Assembly: GCA_963678065.2 (NCBI GenBank)
Contig: CAXXVZ010000005.1
Span: 480,001-544,000, forward strand
Reading direction: 5' to 3'
DNA from: Treponemataceae bacterium
GTDB lineage: Bacteria; Spirochaetota; Spirochaetia; Treponematales; Rectinemataceae
DNA length: 64,000 nucleotides
This document shows, piece by piece, positions 28,126 to 37,328 of this stretch. How positions within the stretch are numbered: the stretch's first letter is position 1; each line of letters begins with the position of its first letter. Under the pieces are notes generated by a model. The model was given only the letters and a program-made list of their open reading frames with translations, had not been told where the DNA came from and did no database searches. The position numbers and the translations under genes are program-made.

Positions 28126-28992
28126 ATGACGAGTTCGACATCGAAATTGTATTCCTACACCTTCTTCATCCCGGCGGCGATCGTCTATCTTCTTTTTTTC
28201 ATCGCGCCGACTTTCCTCTCCTTCTTCTTCAGTCTGACGATCTGGACCCTCTCCGACTGGTCCTTCACCGGGCTGGACAATTTCCGCATTTTCCTGAGCG
28301 AACCCTCCCTCAACGTCGGACTCAGGAATTCCCTCGTGTACGCGATCTCCACCTGCGCCCTCAAGGTCGTACTCGGCTTTCTCCTCGCGGCCTTTCTCTG
28401 CACCGAGCTCAGGACCAGGGGTTTCCTCCGTTCCATCATCTACTTTCCCAACATTCTGAGCACGATCGCCGTGGGCATCATGTTCGGCAGCCTCATGAAT
28501 CCCTCGCGCGGACTGATCAATACCGCGCTCGCGGTCTTCGGCATACAGGGCCCGGACTGGCTCGGAAATCCGAAGATGGCCCTCTTTTCCGTCATCCTCG
28601 TCGACGTCTGGAAGGGGGTCGGCGTGGCGATGACCATTTTCATCGCCGGCATCCAGGCTATTCCCCGGCACTACTACGAAGCCCTCATGATCGACGGCGG
28701 CAGCTCCTTCGACAAGCTCCGCTTCATCACCCTGCCCCTGTCCCGCTCCTCGATGAACTCCGTCATCATGCTCGCCTTCATCGGCGGCATCCGCTCCTTC
28801 GATCTCATCTGGGTCATGACCAAGGGCGGTCCGGGCTTCACCAGCGACCTCATCGCGTCCATCATCTACAAACAGCTTCAGGGCGGATTCTACGGAATAT
28901 CCACGGCAGGAAACGTTGTTCTCTTTATCGTCGTGTCCATCCTGGCCGTGCCCATGTACAAGCTCCTGACGAAAGTCGAGGTGGATCTGTGA
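28126..28992 (+). CDS. Carbohydrate ABC transporter permease (MalF-like)
   Basis: FTGLDNF, WKGVG, AGIQAIPRHYYEALMIDGGS (EAA loop), TKGGPG. Confidence 0.93.
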   Translation: MTSSTSKLYSYTFFIPAAIVYLLFFIAPTFLSFFFSLTIWTLSDWSFTGLDNFRIFLSEPSLNVGLRNSLVYAISTCALKVVLGFLLAAFLCTELRTRGFLRSIIYFPNILSTIAVGIMFGSLMNPSRGLINTALAVFGIQGPDWLGNPKMALFSVILVDVWKGVGVAMTIFIAGIQAIPRHYYEALMIDGGSSFDKLRFITLPLSRSSMNSVIMLAFIGGIRSFDLIWVMTKGGPGFTSDLIASIIYKQLQGGFYGISTAGNVVLFIVVSILAVPMYKLLTKVEVDL

Positions 28993-29819
28993 AACGTAGC
29001 CACACGCGCCTCGCCGCGGAAATCGTCGCGGTCATCGCTGCCCTCGCCGTCTTCGGCGTGCCCATCTCCTACGTCGTCACCAACGCCGGCAAGACGTCCG
29101 CCGCCGCCGCCGAAATGAACATCGCCCCGGCCGCGACGACCCAATACCTGAAAAACTTCGCGGACGTCATCGCCGCGTCGAACTACATGCTCGTGCGGGC
29201 CTTCTTCAACAGCACGCTCATCACGGCGCTCTCCATCGTGGTCCTCCTCGCCGTCTCATCGACCGCCGGATTCGTCCTCGAGCGGCGGAAGGGTCGGCCC
29301 ATCTCCTTCATCAACTTCCTCGTCCTGGCCGGTCTCATGATTCCGCCCGCCGTCGTTCCGACGATCTGGCTTCTCAAGTCGATCGGGCTTTACAAGCAGA
29401 TATCCGGCCTCGTCCTCGTGGAAGCCGCGCTCGCCTTTCCGTTTTCAGCCCTTCTGTACCGGGGATACATGGGCTCGATCCCGCGCGAGCTCGACGAAGC
29501 CTCCTTCATCGACGGCTGCACGGGCTGGGACCTCTTCGCGAGGATCATTTTCCCCCTTCTCAAGCCCGTATCGACGACCATAGCTATCATCACCTCGATC
29601 AATATCTTCAACGACTTCGTCAACCCGCTGTATTTCCTCCCCGGCGCGAAAAACGCCACCGTCCAGCTCACCCTCTACAACTTCATAAGCACCTACTTCA
29701 ACCGCTGGAACCTTCTCTTCGCGGACATCGTCCTTATTTCGATTCCGCCGCTCCTGTTTTTCATCTTCTTCAACGGAAAAATCGTCTCCGGCATGGTCGC
29801 CGGCGCCGTCAAGTCATAA
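28989..29819 (+). CDS. Carbohydrate ABC transporter permease (MalG-like)
   Basis: GTGA overlap; FFNST, IPRELDEASFIDGC, IFPLLKP, AGAVK. Confidence 0.93.
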   Translation: MKRSHTRLAAEIVAVIAALAVFGVPISYVVTNAGKTSAAAAEMNIAPAATTQYLKNFADVIAASNYMLVRAFFNSTLITALSIVVLLAVSSTAGFVLERRKGRPISFINFLVLAGLMIPPAVVPTIWLLKSIGLYKQISGLVLVEAALAFPFSALLYRGYMGSIPRELDEASFIDGCTGWDLFARIIFPLLKPVSTTIAIITSINIFNDFVNPLYFLPGAKNATVQLTLYNFISTYFNRWNLLFADIVLISIPPLLFFIFFNGKIVSGMVAGAVKS

Positions 29820-29865
29820 CAGATCGCGCCCCGACAGAATCAGTCGGCGCGAACCGGAGGAATTC

Positions 29866-32604
29866 ATGCTGAAAATCACGCGACTTCGCTGCGAGTATCT
29901 CGAAAACCCCATGGGCATCGCCGTCCCGAAACCCCGCTTTGGCTGGACCATCGAGTCCGATCTTCGCGATCTCGCGCAGCGCTCCTGCCGCCTGCAGGTC
30001 GCTCCCGCCCCTGAGTTCTCGGACCTACTCTGGGATTCAGGCGAGCTTTCGACCGGGGAATCCGTCGCCCTCGAATACGGTGGCCCCGCGCTCGAAGCCG
30101 GGAAACGGTATTTCTGGCGCGCCGCGGTCATCTGCGCTTCGGACGCAGGCGCGATTCCGGACGGATCGACGACAATGGGATCGACGACGTCGCGTTTGGC
30201 GCAAGCTGGCCCGACGGTAACCGCCGCGCCACCATCGGACACGACGCGTTCGCGCTCCGACTGGAGCGATCCCGCCTGGTTCGAGACCGCCCCCGCCACA
30301 GATTTCTGGACTGCGCGCTTCATCACGGCCGAGGGGCCGGGCGCCTGGGCCGACTCGAAGGGGACCTGTCTCCGCACCGAGTTCACGCTCGAGGGCGAGA
30401 TAGCCTCTGCGCGGATCTACGCGAGCGCCCTCGGTCTCTATGAACTCTCTCTCAACGGCATCCTCGTCGGCGACGAGGTTCTCGCCCCCGGCTGGACCTC
30501 CTACGACACGCGCCTCCTCTACCAGAGCTACGACGTCACCGACCTGCTCGCATCCGGAACGAACGCACTCGCTGCAAGCCTCGGGGCTGGCTGGTACAAG
30601 GGCGACCTCGCGGGCTGGCTCGGAAGGCGCAACGTCTACGGCACCCGAACCGCCCTCATCGCCGAACTCGTCGTGCGCTACGCGGACGGGCGCAGCGCTG
30701 TCATCGCGACCGACGGTGGCTGGCGCGTCTCGGAAGGCCCCATCCTGCGCTCCGAGATCTATCACGGCGAACTCTACGACGCGCGCCTCGAACACTCGGG
30801 CTGGGATCTTCCCGGTTTCGACGATTCGGCATGGGGCCGCGCCGCCGTCCTCGACGAAGACAGAAGCCGCCTCGTCCCCGCCGACGGCCTTCCCGTGCGC
30901 AGACGGGAGCGCTTCAAGGCCTCGTCCCTCATCCTGACCCCGAAGGGCGAGAAGGTGCTCGACTTCGGCCAGAACCTCGCCGGCCGCCTGCGCTTCCGCG
31001 TCTCCGGCAGGGCGGGCGAACGCGTCGCCCTCCGCCACGCCGAGACCCTCGACGCCCAGGGCAACTTCTACACGGCCAACCTCCGCAGCGCGAAAGCGCG
31101 CATCGACTACGTCCTCAAAGGCGACGGCGTCGAGGAGTACGAACCGCACTTCACGTACATGGGCTTCCGCTACGTCTCGGTCGATTCCTGGCCGGGAACG
31201 GTCGATCCCTCCGATTTCGAGGCGATCGCCATCTACTCCGACATGGAGGAGACGGGGCGTTTCGACTCCTCGAGCCCGCTATTGAACCGCCTCCACGAGA
31301 ACATCCTCTGGGGACTCAAGGGCAATTTCGTCGATATCCCCTCCGATTGCCCCCAGCGCGACGAGCGCCTCGGCTGGACGGGCGACGCCCAGGTATTCAT
31401 CGGCACCGCGGCCTTCCTCATGGGAACCGCCCCCTTCTTCCGCAAGTGGCTGCGCGACCTCGCCTGCGATCAGAAGGCTTCGGGCGGCGGTGTGCCCTTC
31501 GTCGTCCCCAACGTCCTCGAGAACATGGAGTCCCCTGAGGGCGGCGCCATTCCGAACCACTCCTCCTGCGGCTGGGGCGACGCCGCTACGATCTGTCCCT
31601 GGACCGTCTACGAGCGCTATGGCGACCGCCGCCTTCTCGAGGAGCAGTACGCGAGCATGCGGGCCTGGGTCGAGTTCATCCGCGAGCGGGCCCGCGGCGG
31701 CCTCCTCTGGGACTCGGGCTTCCACTTCGGCGACTGGGTCGCCCTGGACGCCAGGGAGGGCAGCTACTTCGGCGCGACTCCCAACGACTTCACCGCCACG
31801 GCCTTCTACGCCAAATCCACGGAACTCCTCGCGAAGGCCGCCGCCGCCCTCGGAAAGGCCGAGGACGCGCGCACCTACCGCGACCTGCACGGACGCATCG
31901 TCGAGGCCTTCCGCGCCGAGTATTTTACGGCCGCGGGCCGCATCGCGGTCCGTACCCAGACCGCCTGCGTCCTCGCCCTCGATTTCGCCCTCGCGCCGGA
32001 AAACCGCAGGGACCGCGTGCGCGACACCCTCCTCGCCCTCATAAAGGAGAACGGAAGACATCTCGTCACCGGATTCCTGGGCACGCCCTATCTTTGCCGC
32101 GCCCTCTCCGACTCGGGCGCCCCCGAGGCCGCCTACGCCCTCCTCATGCGCGAGGACTACCCCTCCTGGCTCTATCAGGTCCGGAAAGGGGCCACGACGG
32201 TCTGGGAACACTGGGACGGACTCAAGCCCGACGGTTCCATGTGGAGCCCCGACATGAACTCCTTCAATCACTACGCCTACGGCTCCATCGGCGAGTGGAT
32301 GCACGCGACGGTGGCGGGGCTCGCACCCGATGAAGCCGCCCCGGGCTACAAGCGTATCCGCTTCGGGCCGAAACCCGGCGGCGGCCTCACGCGCGCCTCG
32401 GCCTCCCTCATGACCGTCTACGGTCTCGCCTCTATCGCCTGGCGGATCGAGGATTCCACAATCCGGATCGAACTCGTCGTGCCGCACAACACCCGCGCGA
32501 GCTTCGTCCCCCCCATCGCGGGCGAGGCACAGCGCGAGCTCGGCTCGGGCCGTCACTCCTTCGCCTATCCCTGGCCGCGGTCGGTCTCAGCGGAGCTTGT
32601 GTAA
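29866..32604 (+). CDS. Alpha-L-rhamnosidase (GH78)
   Basis: LRCEYLENPMGI..PRFGW, LWDSG, ALGLYE, PGWTSY, DFGQN, FTYMGFRY, IPSDCPQRDERLGWTGD, TGFLGT, GATTVWEHWD, MNSFNHYAYG. Confidence 0.95.
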   Translation: MLKITRLRCEYLENPMGIAVPKPRFGWTIESDLRDLAQRSCRLQVAPAPEFSDLLWDSGELSTGESVALEYGGPALEAGKRYFWRAAVICASDAGAIPDGSTTMGSTTSRLAQAGPTVTAAPPSDTTRSRSDWSDPAWFETAPATDFWTARFITAEGPGAWADSKGTCLRTEFTLEGEIASARIYASALGLYELSLNGILVGDEVLAPGWTSYDTRLLYQSYDVTDLLASGTNALAASLGAGWYKGDLAGWLGRRNVYGTRTALIAELVVRYADGRSAVIATDGGWRVSEGPILRSEIYHGELYDARLEHSGWDLPGFDDSAWGRAAVLDEDRSRLVPADGLPVRRRERFKASSLILTPKGEKVLDFGQNLAGRLRFRVSGRAGERVALRHAETLDAQGNFYTANLRSAKARIDYVLKGDGVEEYEPHFTYMGFRYVSVDSWPGTVDPSDFEAIAIYSDMEETGRFDSSSPLLNRLHENILWGLKGNFVDIPSDCPQRDERLGWTGDAQVFIGTAAFLMGTAPFFRKWLRDLACDQKASGGGVPFVVPNVLENMESPEGGAIPNHSSCGWGDAATICPWTVYERYGDRRLLEEQYASMRAWVEFIRERARGGLLWDSGFHFGDWVALDAREGSYFGATPNDFTATAFYAKSTELLAKAAAALGKAEDARTYRDLHGRIVEAFRAEYFTAAGRIAVRTQTACVLALDFALAPENRRDRVRDTLLALIKENGRHLVTGFLGTPYLCRALSDSGAPEAAYALLMREDYPSWLYQVRKGATTVWEHWDGLKPDGSMWSPDMNSFNHYAYGSIGEWMHATVAGLAPDEAAPGYKRIRFGPKPGGGLTRASASLMTVYGLASIAWRIEDSTIRIELVVPHNTRASFVPPIAGEAQRELGSGRHSFAYPWPRSVSAELV

Positions 32605-33393
32605 AAGGGGAAGGAAAAGGCTCACGAAAACGACGGAGGCGAGGAAGGCGCCGAGGCTTCCCCACCAGGGGCCGATGACCGGAAAGAGCAGCCCCACCAT
32701 CGTCGAGTAGACGATGATGTTCGCCGATGACAGGATGAGCACCTTGCCCGTCGCGCGGGCGAAGCCGATCCCCTGGCTCCGGACCAGAATGACCATGGTC
32801 GACGAGAGGACGGCGGGGAATGTCGCGATGATGCCGGTGACGACGGGAGGAGCGATCTGGGCGATGCCGACCGCTCCGGAGACGACCGTGCCGGCGAACA
32901 CCGCGCGCAGGACGAGGACCGGGAGCCTGAAAGAGGAAGGCTTCTTCGGAACGGCCCGGATTCCGAGGCCGAATTCCGCCACGAGGAAGGCGGCGACCGC
33001 GATCGCGAGATAGAGCGCGATGGATGCGCCCATGTTCCCCGCGAGGGCGGCCAGGAAGGGAAGCTTGATCGCGGCCGCGGCGCTCAGGGCCCACACGGCA
33101 AGCGCGAAAGGCAACGCGAAGCCAAGCCCGCGAGGCAGCGCGACGACAAGGGCGAGGAGAAAGAGCGTGTCGACGGCCATGCCCACCGGCACGGAAGCGG
33201 ATGCCGCGGCCGCGTAGTCCGTACCCCGGGTGATCGCCATGAAAATCATGCTGATCAGGATGTTGGAAGGAAGATTGCCGACGAGTCCTCCGAGCTTGGA
33301 GCCGAGCCGCTCGCTCGCGAGGGTCGAGAGGGCGATCCAGGAGCCCGCGATGACGAAGGAGAGGGCCAGTCTCATGACAAGGGTTGAGTCCAT
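32587..33393 (-). CDS. Multi-pass membrane protein with an internal repeat (DUF3147-like)
   Basis: About 8 TM segments; repeated motif ERLGSKLGGLVGNLP / QIAPPVVTGIIATFP. Confidence 0.7.
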   Translation of the reverse strand: MDSTLVMRLALSFVIAGSWIALSTLASERLGSKLGGLVGNLPSNILISMIFMAITRGTDYAAAASASVPVGMAVDTLFLLALVVALPRGLGFALPFALAVWALSAAAAIKLPFLAALAGNMGASIALYLAIAVAAFLVAEFGLGIRAVPKKPSSFRLPVLVLRAVFAGTVVSGAVGIAQIAPPVVTGIIATFPAVLSSTMVILVRSQGIGFARATGKVLILSSANIIVYSTMVGLLFPVIGPWWGSLGAFLASVVFVSLFLPLLHKLR

Positions 33394-33434
33394 GCGGGCG
33401 ATTATATGCGGCGGACCGCCGCGACACCATAATG

Positions 33435-33465
33435 CTTCGGTTAGATTTTTCGATGAGGCAATACG
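33435..33465 (+). repeat. 31-bp direct repeat, copy 2
   Basis: cttcggttagatttttcgatgaggcaatacg. Confidence 0.85.
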
Positions 33466-33633
33466 TAATGTGCGTTCCCGAACACCTCAGGAAAGTACGG
33501 CGGAGCCCAAAGAATTTGTCCTTTCGCGGAATCCGGCGTCCGAAATCGATAAAAATCGGGACTCGCGCGCATAATTATTCTTTCCATAGAAACATAAAGA
33601 CATTTTCAGCCTTTTATGCTAGATTATCACCGT

Positions 33634-34041
33634 ATGGAAAGCGATCCCGAACTGGTGACGACTAGCATCGGCGAAATGTCCCTCGCCCTGTCTGGCGCCG
33701 AACCCGAAGAAATAACCGAATTCCTCTACAGCCTCTTCACTCCGGCCGAAGCGGACGAAATCGCCAAACGCTGGGCTCTCGTGAAGGCCCTCGCCCAGGG
33801 GACACCCCAGCGGCAGATCGCCCAGAACCTCGGCCTTTCCCTGTGCAAGATCACCCGTGGGTCGCGCGAACTCAAGAAAGAACATTCCGCCTTCCGCCTC
33901 ATGCTCCTCAGAGCCGGAGTCCCGCTCGGCGCGGAGACTTCCGCGCGGCGCCGCAAGATGAAAACCTCGCAGGCTCCGGCCGGCGAGGTTTCCAGGCAGC
34001 GGGACCGGGCAGAGCCCGAGGGCATCGCGAAGCGGCCCTGA
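33634..34041 (+). CDS. TrpR / YerC-YecD family transcriptional regulator
   Basis: LFTPAEADEIAKRW...GTPQRQIAQNLGLSLCKITRGSRELK. Confidence 0.85.
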   Translation: MESDPELVTTSIGEMSLALSGAEPEEITEFLYSLFTPAEADEIAKRWALVKALAQGTPQRQIAQNLGLSLCKITRGSRELKKEHSAFRLMLLRAGVPLGAETSARRRKMKTSQAPAGEVSRQRDRAEPEGIAKRP

Positions 34042-34048
34042 GGCATCC

Positions 34049-34552
34049 TCAGGCGACGACACTCGCCGCGATGATGACGATGTCCGTCGTCGGAACATCG
34101 GAGTGGGGAGGCCTGCGGCCCGTCTTCACGGCAGCCATCGCGTCGACGACTTCCATTCCCTCGGTCACCTTCGCGAAGACGCAGTAGCCAGCTCCGGGGC
34201 CGGGGCCGCGGAAGTCGAGGCTCGCGTTGTCGACGAGGTTGATGAAGAACTGGCTGGTCGCGCTGTCGGGCGCCATGGTGCGGGCCATGGAGAGGGTTCC
34301 GCGACTGTTCTTCGGGGCCTTCGCCGCTTCGTTCACGATAGGCGCCTTCGTCTTTTTCTGGTCCATGCCGGGGACGAAACCGCCGCCCTGCACCACGAAG
34401 CCGGGGATCACCCGGTGAAAAATCGTTCCGTCGTAGAAGCCCGAGCGCACATAATCCACGAAATTCGCCGCCGTCACGGGGCAGGCGTCATCGAGCACGT
34501 CGAGCATGATATCGCCGAGATTGGTGTTGAACTTCACCTTTGTAGTGGCCAT
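34049..34552 (-). CDS. Cyclophilin-type peptidyl-prolyl cis-trans isomerase
   Basis: PVTAANF, GFYDGTIFHRVIPGFVVQGGG, GTLSMART, SATSQFFINL; GGAGG RBS before ATG 34552. Confidence 0.95.
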   Translation of the reverse strand: MATTKVKFNTNLGDIMLDVLDDACPVTAANFVDYVRSGFYDGTIFHRVIPGFVVQGGGFVPGMDQKKTKAPIVNEAAKAPKNSRGTLSMARTMAPDSATSQFFINLVDNASLDFRGPGPGAGYCVFAKVTEGMEVVDAMAAVKTGRRPPHSDVPTTDIVIIAASVVA

Positions 34553-34739
34553 CGATTCCTCCGCAGGTTTTTGCGCGCCGCCGGGGAGCGGCCATTCCCG
34601 GTTCCCCTGCTTTTCGCGCGTGAGGGCAAGCCTACACGGCCCCGAGGGCTTTGGACAAGTACGCGCGCTTCGACATGGCTGAAGCGCAGGGCCGAGGTGC
34701 CCTTGCCATCTCCTCATCCGGGCCGGTATTGTCGTATGT

Positions 34740-35312
34740 ATGGAAATCCCGCTCGTATTGTCGGTCGACAAGAACGGCCGCCTCGTCTATACGATCCCGA
34801 TCTGGTACCGCATCGCTCTCGCAGGCATCCTCGCCGTCGTCGGCGTCTCGGTGTTCGTCGCCGGGGGCGATCCCGGCATCGGCTCCTGGATCATCGGCGC
34901 GGTGCTCGTTCTGGGCATACTCTACGAGGAGAGATGGACAGCCGACCCCGCCGCGAAACGCATCAGACACGCCTCGGGGCTCCTCGTCGCCGCGCGCAGC
35001 CTCGACATACCCTTCGACCAGATCGAGAGCTTCGCGCTCTCCGCCCTCATTCGGGGAAGCATCCCCGGAGGCGAGGAAGAAAAAACGGAAACCCGGGCGG
35101 CCTTCGCGGCGCTGAACGGCGAAACCGACTCGAGGGACATGAAGCCCATGGACAGGCTGTTCAGGAAGAAGGCCTTCATCAACCTCGTCATCAAATCGAC
35201 GGACGGCACGGTCTACCTCATGAACGCCACGCCCGCGCGCCGGGCGGCCTCATTGCGCGAGGCGGGCCGCCGTTACGCGGAGATCTGCGGAAAACCTTTC
35301 ATCGAGGGATGA
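34740..35312 (+). CDS. Hypothetical membrane protein (2 TM + soluble domain)
   Basis: Two hydrophobic segments; TTGCCA-N18-TATTGT promoter-like element ends 7 nt upstream. Confidence 0.72.
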   Translation: MEIPLVLSVDKNGRLVYTIPIWYRIALAGILAVVGVSVFVAGGDPGIGSWIIGAVLVLGILYEERWTADPAAKRIRHASGLLVAARSLDIPFDQIESFALSALIRGSIPGGEEEKTETRAAFAALNGETDSRDMKPMDRLFRKKAFINLVIKSTDGTVYLMNATPARRAASLREAGRRYAEICGKPFIEG

Positions 35313-35385
35313 GTTTCCGGCCCGTCGGGGCTCCGGCCGGACAGCGACCGGAAACCGACCCGAAGCCGGCACACCCGCAGAGGCT

Positions 35386-36153
35386 CTAAAGTCCGGCACT
35401 GAACTCCGGATGTTCCCGGTCGACAAAGCCCAGGCTCACCGCCGCGCCGAGTCTGTCCCGGAGGATGGCGGCCAGCTCATCCCTCGCGGCGAGAACCTCG
35501 TCTGAATTGAAGCCCGCGAAACCGTCGATGGGCACGAAGACATCCTGAGTCGATTCCGTTATCTTGCCGAGCTCGCTCTGCCGCCACATCCAGCGGCGGG
35601 TGCGCACCAGAGGGCCGCTCGCGTAGACGACTTCGCCCGGCCCGAAGGCAGTCCCGGAGGCGGCGATCTCGGCTTCCAGGGCGCCGAAGGGCCTGAACCT
35701 GTCTCCCTCGGCGGCGCAGCGGATTTCCACGAGCGGGGCCGCGTCCCTGAAACCTCCGGCGCCCGCCTCGCCCGCTCCGTGGGCGCCGATGTCGTGGGCG
35801 CCTATCGGCAGGAAATGCCGCACCGAAACGGCGTTTCCCGCGTCCACGACGGAGTTGATGGAGGGCAGCGCCCCCGTTTTCTGGATGCGGGAGAGCAGTG
35901 CCTCTATCGAGCACATGTACTTGTTGGGATTGATTCCGAATTTGGTGAAAGCCTCGCGGTAGGGCAGAACCTTCGCGTGCTCCTTGACCTTGCCGGAGAG
36001 GAGAGGCAGGGCCGCTCCAATGCCTTCGGCGAGGAGGCTGGCGATGCCGCTCTCCTCAGGACTCTTCGTGTTGCCGATCCCCCGGGCAACGATCACCCCG
36101 ACGACAAACTCGGGGACTTTCGCGAATATTTCGTCCCGGATTCTGAAAATCAT
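35386..36153 (-). CDS. Free-standing B3/B4 domain protein (PheRS-beta editing domain-like)
   Basis: YREAFTKFGINPNKYMCSIEALLSR, LPSINSVVDAGNAVS, PIGAHD, RRWMWRQSE; AAGGAG RBS. Confidence 0.88.
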   Translation of the reverse strand: MIFRIRDEIFAKVPEFVVGVIVARGIGNTKSPEESGIASLLAEGIGAALPLLSGKVKEHAKVLPYREAFTKFGINPNKYMCSIEALLSRIQKTGALPSINSVVDAGNAVSVRHFLPIGAHDIGAHGAGEAGAGGFRDAAPLVEIRCAAEGDRFRPFGALEAEIAASGTAFGPGEVVYASGPLVRTRRWMWRQSELGKITESTQDVFVPIDGFAGFNSDEVLAARDELAAILRDRLGAAVSLGFVDREHPEFSAGL

Positions 36154-36182
36154 GCTGTACTCCTTGCGCCCGCCGTTTCGCG

Positions 36183-37274
36183 CTAGAGTACAGCGTCCAG
36201 GACTTCGAGAAAATACCCCGTCTGATCCAGGGTGCCCGAACTTACCCTGATCCAGTCGTTCCAGCCCCAGAGGGCGCCCGGCCTCGTGATGACCCCGCGC
36301 CGCATGAGGATATCGAAGATCTCCCGCGAATCCCGCTTCAGGTTGACGAAGACGAAATTGGCCCGTGACTCGATGTATTCGAGGCCTTTCTTCCGGAAAT
36401 ACTCCGTCATCATCCCGATGGATTCGGCGTTGAGCTCCAGCGTGCGGCTGAGGTGATCTGAGTCCGACATCGAGGCCAGGGCAGCGGCCTGAGCGAGCCG
36501 GTTGGTCATGAAGGTGCCACGGATCTTCAGCATTTCCTCAGCGATTTCCTTCGAGGTCAGGCCGTAGGCGACGCGGATTCCCGCGATTCCGGCCACCTTG
36601 GAGTAGGTCCGGAGAATCATCGTGTTCGGTCGGGCGCGCAGGACGGCCAGAGAATCAGGGTAATCGGGATCATCTTTCGCGTACTCGTAGTAGGCCTCGT
36701 CGATGAAGAGGACAACATGGGCGGGGAGCCTCGCCACGAATGCGTCGAAGGCGGCTTTCGGCATGATGTTGCCCGTCGGGTTGTTCGGATTGCAGACATA
36801 GACGAGCTTGGTCCGCGGACCGATGGCCGCGAGCATCGCGTCGAAATCGTGGCAGTAGCCTTTGAGCGGCACGATCACGGGCTTTCCGCCCATCAGCGTG
36901 ACCGTCGAGGCGTAGAGGTCGAAGGAAGGATAGGGCATCACGGCCTCGTCGCCGCCGTTTATGAAGGTCTGGGCGGTGATCTGGAGGAGGTGTTCTCCGC
37001 CGTTCGTCACGACGACATTCTCGACGCCAAACCCGCAGCGGGCGGCTATGGCCTCGCGCAGCTCGAGGGCGGAAGAGTCCGGATACAGGTGGACGCGGAC
37101 GATCTCCCTGATCATCGCCTCGACGGCGAGAGGAGAGGGACCGAGGGGGTTTTCGTTCGAGGCGAGCTTTTCGATGCGCTCGAGGCCCAGCTCACGCTTC
37201 ACTTCCTCGATCGGCTTGCCCGGCGAATACGGTTTGACGAGGGCCAGTTCTTTTCTGAATATGCCGTTGCTCAT
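36183..37274 (-). CDS. hisC: Histidinol-phosphate / aromatic amino-acid aminotransferase (HisC family)
   Basis: PYSPGKPIEEVKRELG, KLASNENPLGPSP, CNPNNPTG, DEAYYEY, RTYSKVAGIAGIR. Confidence 0.9.
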   Translation of the reverse strand: MSNGIFRKELALVKPYSPGKPIEEVKRELGLERIEKLASNENPLGPSPLAVEAMIREIVRVHLYPDSSALELREAIAARCGFGVENVVVTNGGEHLLQITAQTFINGGDEAVMPYPSFDLYASTVTLMGGKPVIVPLKGYCHDFDAMLAAIGPRTKLVYVCNPNNPTGNIMPKAAFDAFVARLPAHVVLFIDEAYYEYAKDDPDYPDSLAVLRARPNTMILRTYSKVAGIAGIRVAYGLTSKEIAEEMLKIRGTFMTNRLAQAAALASMSDSDHLSRTLELNAESIGMMTEYFRKKGLEYIESRANFVFVNLKRDSREIFDILMRRGVITRPGALWGWNDWIRVSSGTLDQTGYFLEVLDAVL

Positions 37275-37328
37275 CCATTCCACTCCTTGGACTCTGATCT
37301 CCGGTCGACCTCGGCTTCGCAGACTATC

